Source: Paraspadella gotoi (Eukaryota > Animalia > Chaetognatha). Taken from it: a DNA stretch of 64,000 bases. The notes under the pieces were generated by a model that had not been told where the DNA came from, made no database searches, and was given only the letters and a program-made list of their open reading frames with translations. Positions 1-12,427 of this stretch are shown piece by piece. Location: positions 2,067,486 to 2,131,485 of the forward strand of contig CM119268.1 in the NCBI GenBank assembly GCA_051294375.1. Direction: 5' to 3'. Position 1 is the first letter of the stretch. Every line of letters begins with the position of its first letter. A program made the position numbers and the translations under genes.

Positions 1-3000
1 GTCTGCAGTGATAATCTAAAGACGCAGCTGCAGCAGATCGGACTCAGGGCAGAGACGGAACAGCTCGCTCGTCAAGCGGCCGAAGACCAAGTGGCGGCGA
101 AGAGCAAAGAGATAACCATGTTGAATCTCGAGATCAAAGACGTCAAATCGCTTAGCAAGATGGAGGCCACGAGAATGGAAAACGTCATCTCTAGTCTGGA
201 AGATCAAAATGGCCACGCCTTGCGGGAACAGGTAACGATATTGAAAAAAAAAGAGACGATTTTGTTGCTCGGTCATTATTTTTTCTTTTTTGCAGGAAAA
301 TCTTCGAAAGGCTAAGGACGAGTTGAACAACCGAATCAAGAAACTCACGGAAGAAGTCGGGACGAACAAAGATAAATACAACTCGACCCTCGTGGAAATA
401 GAAAAATGGAAAAAATCCTACGACGACGAAAAGATGAAAAAGATTCAGGCGGTTAACAAATTGGGTAAGATATTTTAACTCACCCGACTCGTGTTAGGAC
501 CCGCCGGTCCGTCCTCCTTCTAAAACGCCCCCGAGAATATGATGATGATTTGGAGGCTTGAGCAGATTGACGATCAAATAGTTTCTCTATTTCTATGTTT
601 ATGAAGAGTTTCAAAAGGGTACCTTAATAAAATAATCAAAGCATATAGATATTCAAACAGTACAATAAACAGTAATTATCTAAATCATTATTTAAACGCT
701 CAAAAGAATTACAAAAATCAGTATAAATTCAGAAATCAATGAATATACTTAAAAATATTGAATCTCGACGAAAGGACTGAATAGTAACGAACGACGTAAG
801 CACGAATGATGAAATGATCCAAACGATAAATCCTTTGTCACGAAGTAAAGTCCGTTTAAATACACGCCGTTTCCTTCCAGCCGAGATCATGAACCGCAAG
901 GACATGACGAGTCGTGACAAGCGAAAAGTGGAGAGCGCCGAGTTGCGGAAAAAGGACAAAGAGCTTCGCCGCCTTCAACAGGAGCTCGATATGGAACGCA
1001 GCAGTTTCGGTGAAAAACTCAAAGTAGCCGAAATCGCTAAGCAGGTGGGGATCGAAGAGACGTTAGGAGGAAACCGTTTCTCAAGTCTCCCTTCTATCTA
1101 TCACTTCACTCACTCGTATCTATCACTTGACTCACTCATTTCCATCGACTCACCCATTTGCAGGAAGCTCACGCCCTCTACGAGGAGGAGCGGCAGATGA
1201 GGCAGAAGCTGCAGATGGAAGTGGATTCCAAAGACGCGGAAATCGAGGGCTTCCAACAGAAATTGGCTTCCATCTACGAGGGACAGTCCATCTCGAGCGG
1301 GAACGACGAAGGCGGCAGCAGCCCGCTCGACGATACCATCGCTTCCTTCAACTCTCTCACCGTGAACCCGACTCAGGTGAGGAAAAAGAGGCTGCTGATG
1401 CGGGGGGGGGGAGATGTACCTACCTTATTGTTTAATCATCTCTTTCAGTCCGAAGTCCGACTCGAGGGATGGCTCTCCATTCCCAACAAACAAAACATCA
1501 AACGCCACGGGTGGAAGCGACAATACGTCGTCGTCTCCACCAAGAAGATCTTCTTTTACAACAGTGAAGAGGAAAAACAAAAGAGTCAGCCCAACATCAT
1601 TCTCGATTTGGAGTTAGTCCGGGACAGGGGAGACTAATATAATCCAATATATAATAATAATAATACAATATATATGTATAATGGTTGACAAAATACTTTA
1701 CTCTTTAATAACATTTTTCTTCAGCAAATTGTTCCACGTTCGGTCGGTGACTCAGGGCGACGTGATTCGAGCCGATTCCAAGGACATCCCACGAATCTTC
1801 CAGATTCTCTACGCGACAGAAGCCGAAAGCCGGAAGCCGGACGAGGATAATTTCGAACCGGTGAGTTCCGGAGAACGAGGGTCAAAGAACAATAGGCGTA
1901 ATAATCTTATCACGACCCTTTTTAATCTTTTAAATAAGATCCTTCTGAAGTAAATTGTTAATTTCCCCTCCTTCACAGACCCGATCCGAGGCCTTCGTGT
2001 CTCACAAGGGACACGAGCTTCTCCCGATAACCTACCGGACGCCTACCAGTTGCGAGGTGTGCTCAAAGTCCCTCGGCAACATGCTTCATCCGCCTCCCGC
2101 TTTCGAGTGCAAGCGATGCAGAATCAAAATCCACAAGGACCATCTCGATCGGAAGGTCAAGCCTCGTTGTGCTTTTCACTTTGATATCAAGTTTTTTCTT
2201 CATTCTTTTCGTTTCTGTCTTAGGAGGACATTGTGGCCCCGTGCAAAGTGAACAGTTCGTTCCATTCGGCCAAAGAGCTCCTGTTGTTGGCGTTGTCCAA
2301 AGAGGATCAGCACTCTTGGGTCCAACGCCTATCGAAACGGATCACCCGACAAGGCATAGTCAAGCAAGGGCCTCCTGCCGGTGAGACATTGATGCATATA
2401 ATCGAACGAGAAGAAACCTTTAATTATAATAATTGACCATATTTCCCGGAGCCGATGCTGCTGCATTGAAGCTAAAAGATTATGCCGCTTTTTTTTGCAT
2501 TTTTCGTAGCGCATTAAGTTTTTTAAAAAACGGTTTAAATTAGCCATCCTTTGCATTATTTTTAAGGCTTTTAAAGCTAAAAATTCTTGTAAGTAATTAG
2601 TTGTTCCAAGATTTCCTATTTTTTATCGTTTGCATGTGAATTGTTACGCTCGAAACTGTGATTTATGCACGTACAATCATTCCGTGATATCATTTTTAAT
2701 CTTCATCGTTCAATCGGTATTTATTTCTAATGTGTTTAGGAATTAGGATATGTTTTCTTTGACTTGATTTTTTTCTTCTAACTAAAAAAAAATATTTTCC
2801 TTCCCTAAATCAAGCAGTTGATTGGCTCATCCTTCCGCATTTTAATCTTTAGAAAAGAATGCATGGGCCGATGTTGCTTAATTAGTAAGATAAATAGGCA
2901 AAATGCTCTCTCTGTTCGATTCAGAATCTTGATCAATGAACGGTTCCATTTCCGCTGCATGGAATAGAATCATTTTCCATCTTCCCATCAACAGGCGGCG

Positions 3001-3284
3001 CCTCCCCTCGAACCTGGCGACTCCAAACTCCCGAAAAATCCTCGATCCATTCGAGTCACAACCACGGCGGGCCGACGGCGACGAGCTCGCCCGTCCCCGG
3101 CGGGGGCGGCTCCCCGAACTCGACGTCGGGATCCGCCTTATCCGGCATCATCCACCTCGCCGAGGGTCAAAACTCCCATGCGGCGTCCACGTCCTCGTCG
3201 TCTTCGATCGGCCCGTGGAAAAGCCGATCCCATCATAGTCAAAAGGCGGCGACGTTGCCCGGGCGAAACGCCAGACCGCCGTGA
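1..3284 (+). CDS. ROCK: Rho-associated coiled-coil kinase, 3' part (coiled coil, Rho-binding region, split PH/C1 domain); multi-exon, 5' end outside window
   Basis: Spliced peptides KKIQAVNKL|AEIMNRKD, RLEGWLSIPNKQNIKRHGWKRQYVVVS, KLFHVRSVTQGDVIRADSKDIPRIFQILY, HKGHE..CEVC..ECKRCRIKIHKDH; last exon 2995-3284 ends in TGA. Confidence 0.95.
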
Positions 3285-4510
3285 AATCCTCCCTCTTTCT
3301 GACCCCCTTCCCGCCAAATGGACGGACCAATCTGAACCCCTCACCCTTTCGCCTTTTCCCGCCCAAATTCTTCTCGATTCCCGGAGACGAAAAAAATGAA
3401 TCCTCGACGTCTCGGGATTTGAAAGAAAAACGATTGGTTTTCGCCACGAAGTTTGAATCCGTTCCTGAGAAAGTCTCCTCTACGTCCCTCATCCCCGACC
3501 CCCCTCTTCCGAGTCTCCGCCGGTCGCCTTCTTTTATCGCCGTTTAAAAAAAGAAAAAAATTGAAACTACTCGCTACCCTCAATCTTCTCTTTCAATTTC
3601 CTTCTTTAAAAACTTCGAGCCTTGGATAATAATATTAATAAAATTCTTGATATTTTACACTACTCGTTACTATTGAGATAAGTTTCTTAGTTGTACATAC
3701 TATCGATGAGAATGAAATGAAAATTTCTCCTTTGAAATAAACTTTTTTTCTCCTCGTTGGGCTCTTTCGGAGCATTTCGAAAGAAAAAGCGTTCCGAGGT
3801 TTTCGACTCCGAAAGAAAAAAATCTCGGACTTCATTGTTATGCCCAAAAAATGAATGGTGATGATAAATTCCTCTCCCTCATTCCCAGCTTATACAAAAC
3901 GGCTATTATGAAATCTAATTCAAATGAAAATGCTTGCATGTGATCGAAATCGTCAACCAAAAAAAAAAAAAATCGAGTCGAACTTTTAGTGGTACTTTAT
4001 TTTTATTTGCGAGATAAGCTTATTTTAACATGTAGTTATTATTTTCTATCACAATCCTTTTGTTTGTGATGAAAAAGATATCGCTACTTGTGTGCCTTCC
4101 CTCATAAAAATAGATAGGTGAAACAATTTTAGGAAAAAAAAAAGGTAAAGTTTACCATGAAACAATTGAAACATGCAAAACCAGAACCATTGAACTTGAT
4201 CTGATTGTGGTGATTATTTCCATTATTTTCTTTTCCTTCCGAAGATTTATTATTATATTTATACGCGTATTGGCTTCGTTTAGAATTTCTAATAACTGCC
4301 ACTTGGGGAATGGAGAGACGCGATTCAATGTTTCCCCCCGCCCCCTTAGTGTGTCCTTTATAGGTCTTGATATCTTTACAGTTATATGGCATTTTAAGAC
4401 GTTCACACTGCATCGCTAGGGCTATTTTCCGTTCAGTTTTATGGTAAGCTTCTTTTCTGTTTACAAAAAAAATAAAATAGCAGTCGAATCGGAAAAAGGA
4501 AAGAAGCGAG

Positions 4511-5041
4511 ATGCCGATTTTCGGCAGCAAATTCAACCCGAAAAAAACTCCTCCTCGAAAGTCGGGGTCCTTGTCGAATCTCTCTCTCGACGCGACGCGG
4601 AGGCAGCAGGAGTTCGGACTCGACTACGGGCGGATAACGATGAAGGTGACTGGGACACAAAAGGGATTCAAAGACAAAACAAATATTACCTCGTGCGATC
4701 GTTGAAAAATACCAATTGTTTCGTTAGTGTTTTTATTTTTAATAAGAATAAACCTAGTTACTACAAACCCGATTTCTCGGTGACAGTTGGGCGACGCCGA
4801 GTTCGCCTTTGATGACGGCAAGTGGGTCTCGGCTGGAGAGGGAGACCTCGGCGCCGCCGCCTTCAAGGATCTTCACCAGTGGAGGACGAAGGCGGAAAAA
4901 CTCGCGGACGAGAATCGAATGTTGACTGTGAAGAACGAGGTGCTCCTCGACATGGCCACGGAGATCAGCGCCGAGAACAAGATGTTGGAGAGCGAGATCG
5001 CCGAACTCAAGCGAGCGTTGAGGGAAATAAGCAAAACGTGA
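4511..5041 (+). CDS. CBY1: Chibby (beta-catenin antagonist / basal body protein), 2 coding exons
   Basis: MPIFGSKFNPKKTPPRKSGSLSNL..EFGLDYG..MK|LGDAEFAFDDGKW then coiled coil L.DENRML.VKNEVLLDM. Confidence 0.93.
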
Positions 5042-5250
5042 ATTAGCTAGTGGTGGGCACGCCCAATTTCCTTCCCTCCGTCAACCCTTCCATTTCCGCG
5101 TTCCATTCCGTCCATCATGCTCTCGATCTAAAAAAAAAAAACCATGTGCCCTCTTTTTTCTTTCTGTTTAGCGAAAACCTTTGCCTATCCCGCTTTGTAT
5201 TTTTTCAGACTTTCCTACTCATCTTCAGACTCTTAGACTCAATAGAGAAC

Positions 5251-6471
5251 ATGCCGACCCGGTCGGACTCTACCGATGCCTGCAGCCCGGCGCGGCATGC
5301 AATACCGGGCCTCAACTTCGTCACGTCCCCAGTACGGAATCGACACCTCGACGGTGCCATCTCTGCCGGCGCCTGCTGCGACTCGCCTCCGCGGAAACTC
5401 GGCGCCGGCCTCTCTTCCACCGGAAGCGGAGCACCGTCCCCGCGTCGGAAGCAACGCCGTGGCAAAGGGAAAAAAGGCGGCGGTGGCAATATAACCGTCG
5501 ATGTCCCCGTCGATCCCAATTCTTCCATCACCCGATTCTTTCCTTCATCTCCGATTAAACCGACTCGAGACGCTGACCGCGCGATCGCTCCGCGCGGTCG
5601 ATCGAAGAAGGCGTCCGATTCCAACGAGGGTGTGGCTATTGTCAACGACTCATCCACCAAGTGCGACGTTGGCGGCGATTCGACGGAAACCGCCGCCAAC
5701 GGGATCGCCAAAGGTACCACGACGACGCCGCGCGGTAAAAAGAAGAAACGGCGCCGTAAGAAATCAGTTTTACCATCGACGAAGACGCGCGACGCCGCTC
5801 CTGCCGCCGCTACTTTACTCGACGCCTCGGGGGAGGATCCCAAACGCCAGAGCCAGTTGACAGAGTTTTATCCGGTTCGTCGCAGCGACCGTCGACCCAA
5901 ATCACTCAAAGAAAAGGAGGAGCGAGAGTCGATCGCCGCCAAAATCCTCGGCGCCGACGACGAAGGACTCGACGTCCGCGACATTCTCGGAAAGGGGCGT
6001 GGCGTCTTGGCCACCAAAGATTTTAAGAGGGGAGACTTCATCGTGGAATACGACGGAGATTTGATCTCCTTCGAGAAGGCCAAAGAGAGGTAAACCGTGG
6101 AATGGAGTTTGAAAAGAATTTTAATGACTGGACGGAATGAAGAAAATCTGTATCACCCTCGCCCCCCCCCCACTTTCCACAGAGAATCCATCTACCGCCA
6201 AAATCCGTCCATCGGTTGCTACATGTACTACTTCTCTTTCCGCGAACGCAAGTACTGCGTCGACGCCACCTCTGAATCTGGCAAACTCGGCCGCCTCATC
6301 AACCACTCGACGAAGACGCCCAACTTGACCACGCGCCTCTTTCCCATCGGCGACGTCCCTCATCTCATCTTCGTCGCCGCCCGCGACATTCGTCTCGGCG
6401 AGGAGCTCATGTACGACTACGGAGACCGAAGCCGAGAGGCGACCGAAGCTCATCCTTGGCTCAAAACGTGA
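5251..6471 (+). CDS. KMT5A: H4K20 monomethyltransferase SETD8/PR-Set7, 2 exons
   Basis: PIP-degron QSQLTEFYPVRRSDR; SET domain GKGRGV..GDFIVEYDG, GCYMYYF, CVDAT..LGRLINHS, GEELMYDYGDRS..HPWLK. Confidence 0.95.
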
Positions 6472-6843
6472 ACTAGCCGATGTTGACCTTTATATTAGTA
6501 TTTTGTTATTGATTGGTTATATTTTCATGAAATATTCATCTTTTTGTCGCATCTCTCATTGGCGGTTTCTCTCTTTCAGAGCCGTACTCTTATTCAATAT
6601 TTTTCTCTTATTACTGGCCGAGTGGGTTTTTTTTTTCGGCGGTTTTTCTTTTTCTTCTGGATATCCTATGCCAAGTTGTTATAAATCGAAGTAAGGAACT
6701 TGTTTTTTTTTTTCCGGCCCGGGTTCCTTCATATTATATTTGAAAAACACATTCTCATTTTTCTCTCATCTTCCTTCATTTTCTGTTCTTGTTTCAGTTA
6801 TTCTTATTAAAAATTCTTCCAATAAGAAACGAGCTAAATAACG

Positions 6844-7261
6844 ATGGCGTCAATCGAGCAGTTGTACAAAGACTGCGAAACTCTGGACAATGCCAAGGAC
6901 AAAGCGTCGGAGCACAAAGACGCATATCTCTCGATCATCAGTGGCGTCCAAGGAGGAAACGCGGAGAAACGTCTCGCTTCGCAGTTCATCGTCAGGTGAA
7001 GTGTAAAAAGGTGAGGGTAAACTTATCTTTTTCCGGCGATCATCTTCCTCTTTTGGTGCCTTCAGGTTCTTCAACCACTTCAAGGGCACCCTTGGCGAAA
7101 ATGCCATCAACGCAATGTTCGATCTATGCGAGGACGAAGACGTCGCCATCCGGAAGCAGGCGATCAAAGACATGCCCGCCATTTGTCGGGTGAGACACTG
7201 GACGTTTTAAATATTGGCGGTTGATGAGGGGTTTTATTCACTCTCTCCTCTCTAATCCTCC

Positions 7262-7312
<51 letters not shown>

Positions 7313-9334
7313 CTTCATCTCTCTCTCTCCTCTCTCTCTACTCTCAGCCAAAACAAAGACTTCCTTCCCCGAATCGCGGATGTGCTGACCCAACTGCTGC
7401 AAACGGACGACGCCCAGGAGCTCGTAATCGTCCAGGCGTCGCTCATCGCTCTCTTTAAGGTCGATCCCAAGGGAATGCTCGGCGGACTTTTCTCGCAGAT
7501 TTTGCAAGGTGATGTCATCCTTTAATGAGACATTAGATTGTTAAATTTTAAATTTCGCCGAGACTGACCATTTTAACGATGCAATATAAGTTTTTAAAAT
7601 GTTGATCAGTATACTTAGTGATGTTTTGTTTCGCGATCTGTAAATACGCTTCAGGGATATAACGTAACTTCTCGGTTACTTTATTTATTGCAATAGGAGA
7701 GGACTTTATCCGCGAACAAGCGATCAAGTTCCTCGCCAACAAAATCAAGCGACTGGCCGGGGGCGAAGGCGCCGCTTTCGACAAAGAAGTAGAAGAGTTT
7801 CTGCTGCAGGAAAGCAAGAAAGTGCTGCAGGATGTCACCGGCGAAGAATTCATTCTCTTCATGAAGATATTGTCCGGTAAAATTCGTCGTAAAAGAAGCG
7901 AGAGTTAAATCGTCTTTGGGTTCTCAACGCAGCCTTGGCCTCTTTTCATCTTTGGGTTCTCAACGCAGCCTTGGCCTCTTTTTATCTTTGGGTTCTCAAT
8001 GCAGCCTTGGCCTCTTTTCAGGCCTCTCCGTCTGCACGACTGTTCAAGGCCGAAAACAACTCGTAGAGATCGTCGAGGATCAGGCGGATTTGGATCAGCC
8101 TTTCGACGCGTCCGAAGCGGACGCTCTCGACCGGCTCATGCAGTGCGTCAAACAGGCCAACCCTTTCTTCTCTAAAAACGTTTCTTCCGGAAAATTCGTT
8201 TCTTACATCGCCACTCAGGTCCTTCCCGTTTTGGATCAGGTTAAGGTGAGGCCAAAAATTGCTTCCGAATTGTATTCGAAAATTCCCATGTTGATCTCTA
8301 CTCGTTTATTTCTCAGTCGACGCCAGCGTCGGAAGACTCTGAAACCCCCGACGTCGTCTTAGAAATCCTAAAAACTTTAGCCGAGCTCGCCGTCAATTGC
8401 GGTCCGATAGATAAGCCTAAAGAAAAGGTGAGATTTCCGACGCGCTTGCGAGCTGAACAATCGCTTTACCTCGTGTTGTCACTCACAGGTGGAGGCGATA
8501 TTCAACAAGCTCATCGAGTACATGCCGCTTCCTCCTGAAGGCGAGAACGAGGGAGAACAGCAGATGGCGGATTTGAAGTTGAATTTCTCTTTCGTCGAGT
8601 GTCTCATGTTTACCTTTCACGCTATAGGTTAATTTTTTTTAATGGGAGACTCGTTTTTCCAAGTAAAATTAATTAATCCTCGAAAACTCTTTTCAGGCAA
8701 GCAATGTCCCGAGTTTTTAACCGAGGAAAAATTCGCGGAGAACCTTCGAGAGTTTAAAATTCGGCTCCAATACTTCGCTCGAGGACTGAACGTGTACAAG
8801 AAGCACGCCAAGATCGCTCTCGACAAACAGGTCCGCGTCCGCTTCAAACTTTTTTTTTCTTTTTTACAATATTTTTTTTTAATACTCTTCTCCTTCATCA
8901 GGAAAAGAAAGACGAGGAAGACTCTAAGCTCAAGCTTTTGCTGGCAATGAAAACTTGCAACAACATCACAGTCCTCATCAAGGATTTATTCCACAACCCT
9001 CCCCAGTACAAAACCGGTAACTTGAATTTTTTTTTTTTCGGACAAGATTCGTTTCTATATAAATTCTACTACTTTCTTTCTTCACCCTCCTCCAATAGTG
9101 GTCTCTCTCTCTTGGCGACCCAAAACGGAGACGGCCGAAGCGGCGAAACGCAAGAGCGACGTCCCGCCTTCGGACTCGAAGCCTTTCAAGCGGGAAAAGG
9201 CCATCTACGCTCCGCCCGGCGGGAAATTCTCCGAACGCGCGGGTTCCTTCACCGAAACGAGAGGCGGGGGTCGTGGCGGTGGCGGGCGTGGTCGGGGCAG
9301 GGGGCGGGGCTGGGGATATTCCAACAGATATTGA
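6844..9334 (+). CDS. API5: Apoptosis inhibitor 5, multi-exon
   Basis: MASIEQLYK.., EKRLASQFI.RFF.HF, DLCEDEDVAIRKQAIKD, LQDVTGEEF, LNFSFVECLMFTFH, FKIRLQYFARG, DLFHNPPQYK, IYAPPGGKFS, RG-rich tail. Confidence 0.93.
7265..7340. repeat. Intronic (CT)n microsatellite, representative of many (also about 10315, 14286, 15042, 19763, 29946, 61030)
   Basis: Directly visible dinucleotide runs, mostly in introns or next to stops. Confidence 0.95.
7913..8020 (+). repeat. Three 36-bp tandem copies at the 3' end of an API5 intron
   Basis: tctttgggttctcaacgcagccttggcctcttttca x3 with 1-2 substitutions, ending at the ttttcag acceptor. Confidence 0.95.
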
Positions 9335-9742
9335 CCTTTCGTTTTTTTTTCCAACATCTCACTCCTCTCGTCATTCGCCCCATTTAGTCTTACGGATTTT
9401 TACGCGTCTCCCAAGATAACTCGCGTACTCGTTCCGACGTCCCCGGTCAATTTTCTCTTTTTTTTCGCAAAGATTTCAAACGGTTTTAACGCGAAAACCT
9501 TTTTTCTTTGTTTTCCGCAAGTTTCATTCCTTTGTCCAATGCCCACTGCGCCTTAGCCGTCGTAAAGAAGGGACGGCTAAATATTGACTTATCGTAACGT
9601 TTTATTATGTTCTCGTTTTCCATCTAGTAGCGCGTAACTATTGTTTCTTTGTGTTTTTTTAGTAGATCTTAAAAAACCTTTTGTCCGTGAGACAAAGAAC
9701 CGAAGTCTAAGATCCAGAAACGCTTCCCAACAAAGAAAAAAA

Positions 9743-10311
9743 ATGGTGAAAACGAGACGCCGAAATTACGCCAACGTGAGTTTCAACGACGATGAGGCCA
9801 AGGAAGAGAGCGCCACTGCGTCCGAGGAATCGGGCGGCTCAGAGTCTGGGGCTCCCGAAACCGAACCACCACCGGTCAAGCCTCGTCGAGGGAGACCTCG
9901 GAACGCTCAACCAGATCAAATAACCGGTGAGCAATGGAATTGTTTTTCTTTGATTAGATTAGTTTTTTTTCCTACTCCCAATTAAAGTTGATTAATCTTG
10001 ATTCAATCTCGCGATTTCTCTTTCCCCCCACAAGCTTCGGCCCCTGCCCCGGTGAATATGGTAAACGGAGAACCGGAACCACCTCCACCGGAAGAGGATC
10101 GAGATCCGGACTGCTCCGACATTTTGCCGACTTCGTCCGCGCGCGCCCTCTTTTCGCGTCTCGTCGAACTCGACGTCGCCGCCTCGGACGCCCTCGCCGT
10201 CGCTGCCACCCCGGTGGCGCCCTTGGGGTGGCTCCGGCCCGCGCTCAGGCTGCTCGAGTTCAGTTGCCACGGCGTTCCGTGGATCCTTTTGGCGATTGGG
10301 CTTCTGATCGC

Positions 10312-10353
<42 letters not shown>

Positions 10354-11501
10354 GTTTGTTTTAAGGTAAAATAAAATAAAATGAACTTTTTAGGAAAAAA
10401 AAACGTTTTTATTTGGGACGAGCAAGGATTTATAAATCTGTCCAATAAATTGAACAGTTTTGTCGGACATGTTTCGACTCTCAAATTAGTGCCTTCATCA
10501 GCATTTTCGTAATCATAATTAATGAATTATAATATGGCAACAGCCGGGTTGCCTGTGATGCCCATTGGGATGGGGCTTCTCACTGTTGGCTTTGGGGCTT
10601 CCGTCCCTCAGTGACCCCATCCAGTCACTGGTGCGGTTACCCTAGGACGGTCTCGCTTTGCCAACGCAGAGGGAAGTCGTTAGGACTGTGGATGGAACAC
10701 AACGCCTGGGATGGTGTGTTCCCCCTCTTAGCCAATGGTATTGACTGAAAGATGGTGAACATGAGGCGGAGTGAATATGCCGCCACAATAACATAATAAA
10801 ATGAACTTTAAATTTAAAAAGAAAAATGTTCTATAATCGTGATGGCCTCGTACAGACGATCCGTCTCGAGCGTCGGCGCACCTCCATCTGCTCGTCCTTC
10901 TCATCGTCGATCTCGTCGTCGTCGCCGTCACCAAACTCGTCTTCCGCCGTCGCCGACCCAAAGTGAACATGGACGACGACTATCTCTCGATCCAGAGCAT
11001 CGACAAGAATTCTTTTCCGTCAGGTTGGAAAGGATGGTTTAATACGGCGCCTTTTGTTTCGGACTCGTTATGTTTATGTTTATGTTTATAATTGGGAAGG
11101 TTTCTAGTTTTCGAGAGTTTCGTGGTTAAAAGATAACCCCGAAAACGCGAGACGAAATTGAATTAAATGACGTCATAAATGTGTTAATTTAACTCCCAGG
11201 TCACGCGACCCGTTCGATCCTTCTCCTCTTCTACCTCTCGCTCAACTACTTCACTCTGAATTCCATCCTTCAAACGACGCTGGTTTTGTGGGCTTCCTTC
11301 GTCGTGATCTCTCGAGTCCTCATCGGGCGACACCACGTGTTCGACGTGGTTGTCGGCTGCGTTATCGGCGGACTCGTTTACGTTCACCTCTTGCCGATTT
11401 GTCGCGTGCCGCCCGAGCGGGTGGCCGAGATCGCCGCCCTCGTCAATCAGAGGAAGTGGTTAATGGCCAATCTTCCGGAATGCATAGCGGGCCTGTTGTG
11501 A
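9743..11501 (+). CDS. PLPP6: PAP2-family lipid phosphatase, PLPP6/PPAPDC2-like
   Basis: LLEFSCHGVPW, KLVFRRRRP..N, SIDKNSFPS|GHATR, WASFVVISRVLIGRHHVFDV (three PAP2 motifs). Confidence 0.85.
10537..10790. other. GC-rich structured intronic element, family B copy 1
   Basis: Several hairpins; core gcctgtgatgc..tcact..tggc..gggcttccgtccctcagtg shared with reverse complement of 25865-25914. Confidence 0.6.
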
Positions 11502-12427
11502 GCTTGTGGGATAGATAGACTGATCCAGTAATTTTTGTTATTCAAAAGCGAAATATGACAGAAGGGTTTTATTTTCATGCCAAGTTTTCGTATTTTTACT
11601 GAGAGCTACGATTTGTTTTAGTGGGCTGTATAACATCATTATTGTATGTTGTCTCCATGTATCATCCTTAAAAGTTTAAGCAATTATTAATCCTGTCAAT
11701 TATTTCTTTCAGTAACTGTAAGGATGTAAAGTTTTTGTTTGGTGTCAAGTGGCAGATTAATTGTTCAGCCTCTTCGCGGACTATTTATGTCAGGATTAAT
11801 TATTGTGCGATAATTGTAAATAATTGTTCATTAAGCCTTTATTCGAGGCTAGCGTTACGATTAGAAATTTGACATGAACCCCGTAAAGTTCTTGGTCAAA
11901 TTTTTGTAATCGTTTTCGCTTAGAATGAACCTTCCCACTACAATCCACATTTATGTTGTCGTCGTCTTCATGAAGTTTGTATTACACTCGAGGAATCGAG
12001 GTGGTCGGGAGCTCGGGGAATCCGGCCTCTTGGCTTTCCTTTTTCCAAAGGTCTTCCCCAATTTTCTTTTTGAGCAATCAACTTATTTCTGCATTTTTTT
12101 TCGCACGTTCTCATTACTGATAACAATAATGATAAGATTCAAAGTTTTCTGCCTGACCATGTTCATATTAATTCGTTTTATATTTACTACGGCGTAGTTT
12201 TTTTAAAACGGAATCTCATTCCGGATTGCATACGTTTCACGGAAATTTTTTTTTCCACACGTCAAACGCACAATTTTTTATAGGAATTTAATTATATTTT
12301 TAAAACTATGAAAATGAACTACCAAGAAAAGGTGTTATCGAAATAGAATTGTCCGTGCCATCCTCGACCCCTGGAGATTTTCAGCTTTATCCTTGAGACT
12401 CAATCTCCACCAAGGAAAATATTGAAA

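Noticed and set aside
465-523. Alternative truncating ROCK exon (gttag|GACCCGCC..TAA)
   Set aside because: Would need a 33-nt intron, much shorter than the others here
5205-5843. Long antisense and alternate-frame ORFs over GC-rich exons (also 43932-44342, 50591-51205, 59882-60559)
   Set aside because: Expected shadows of GC-rich coding sequence; no domains or splice support
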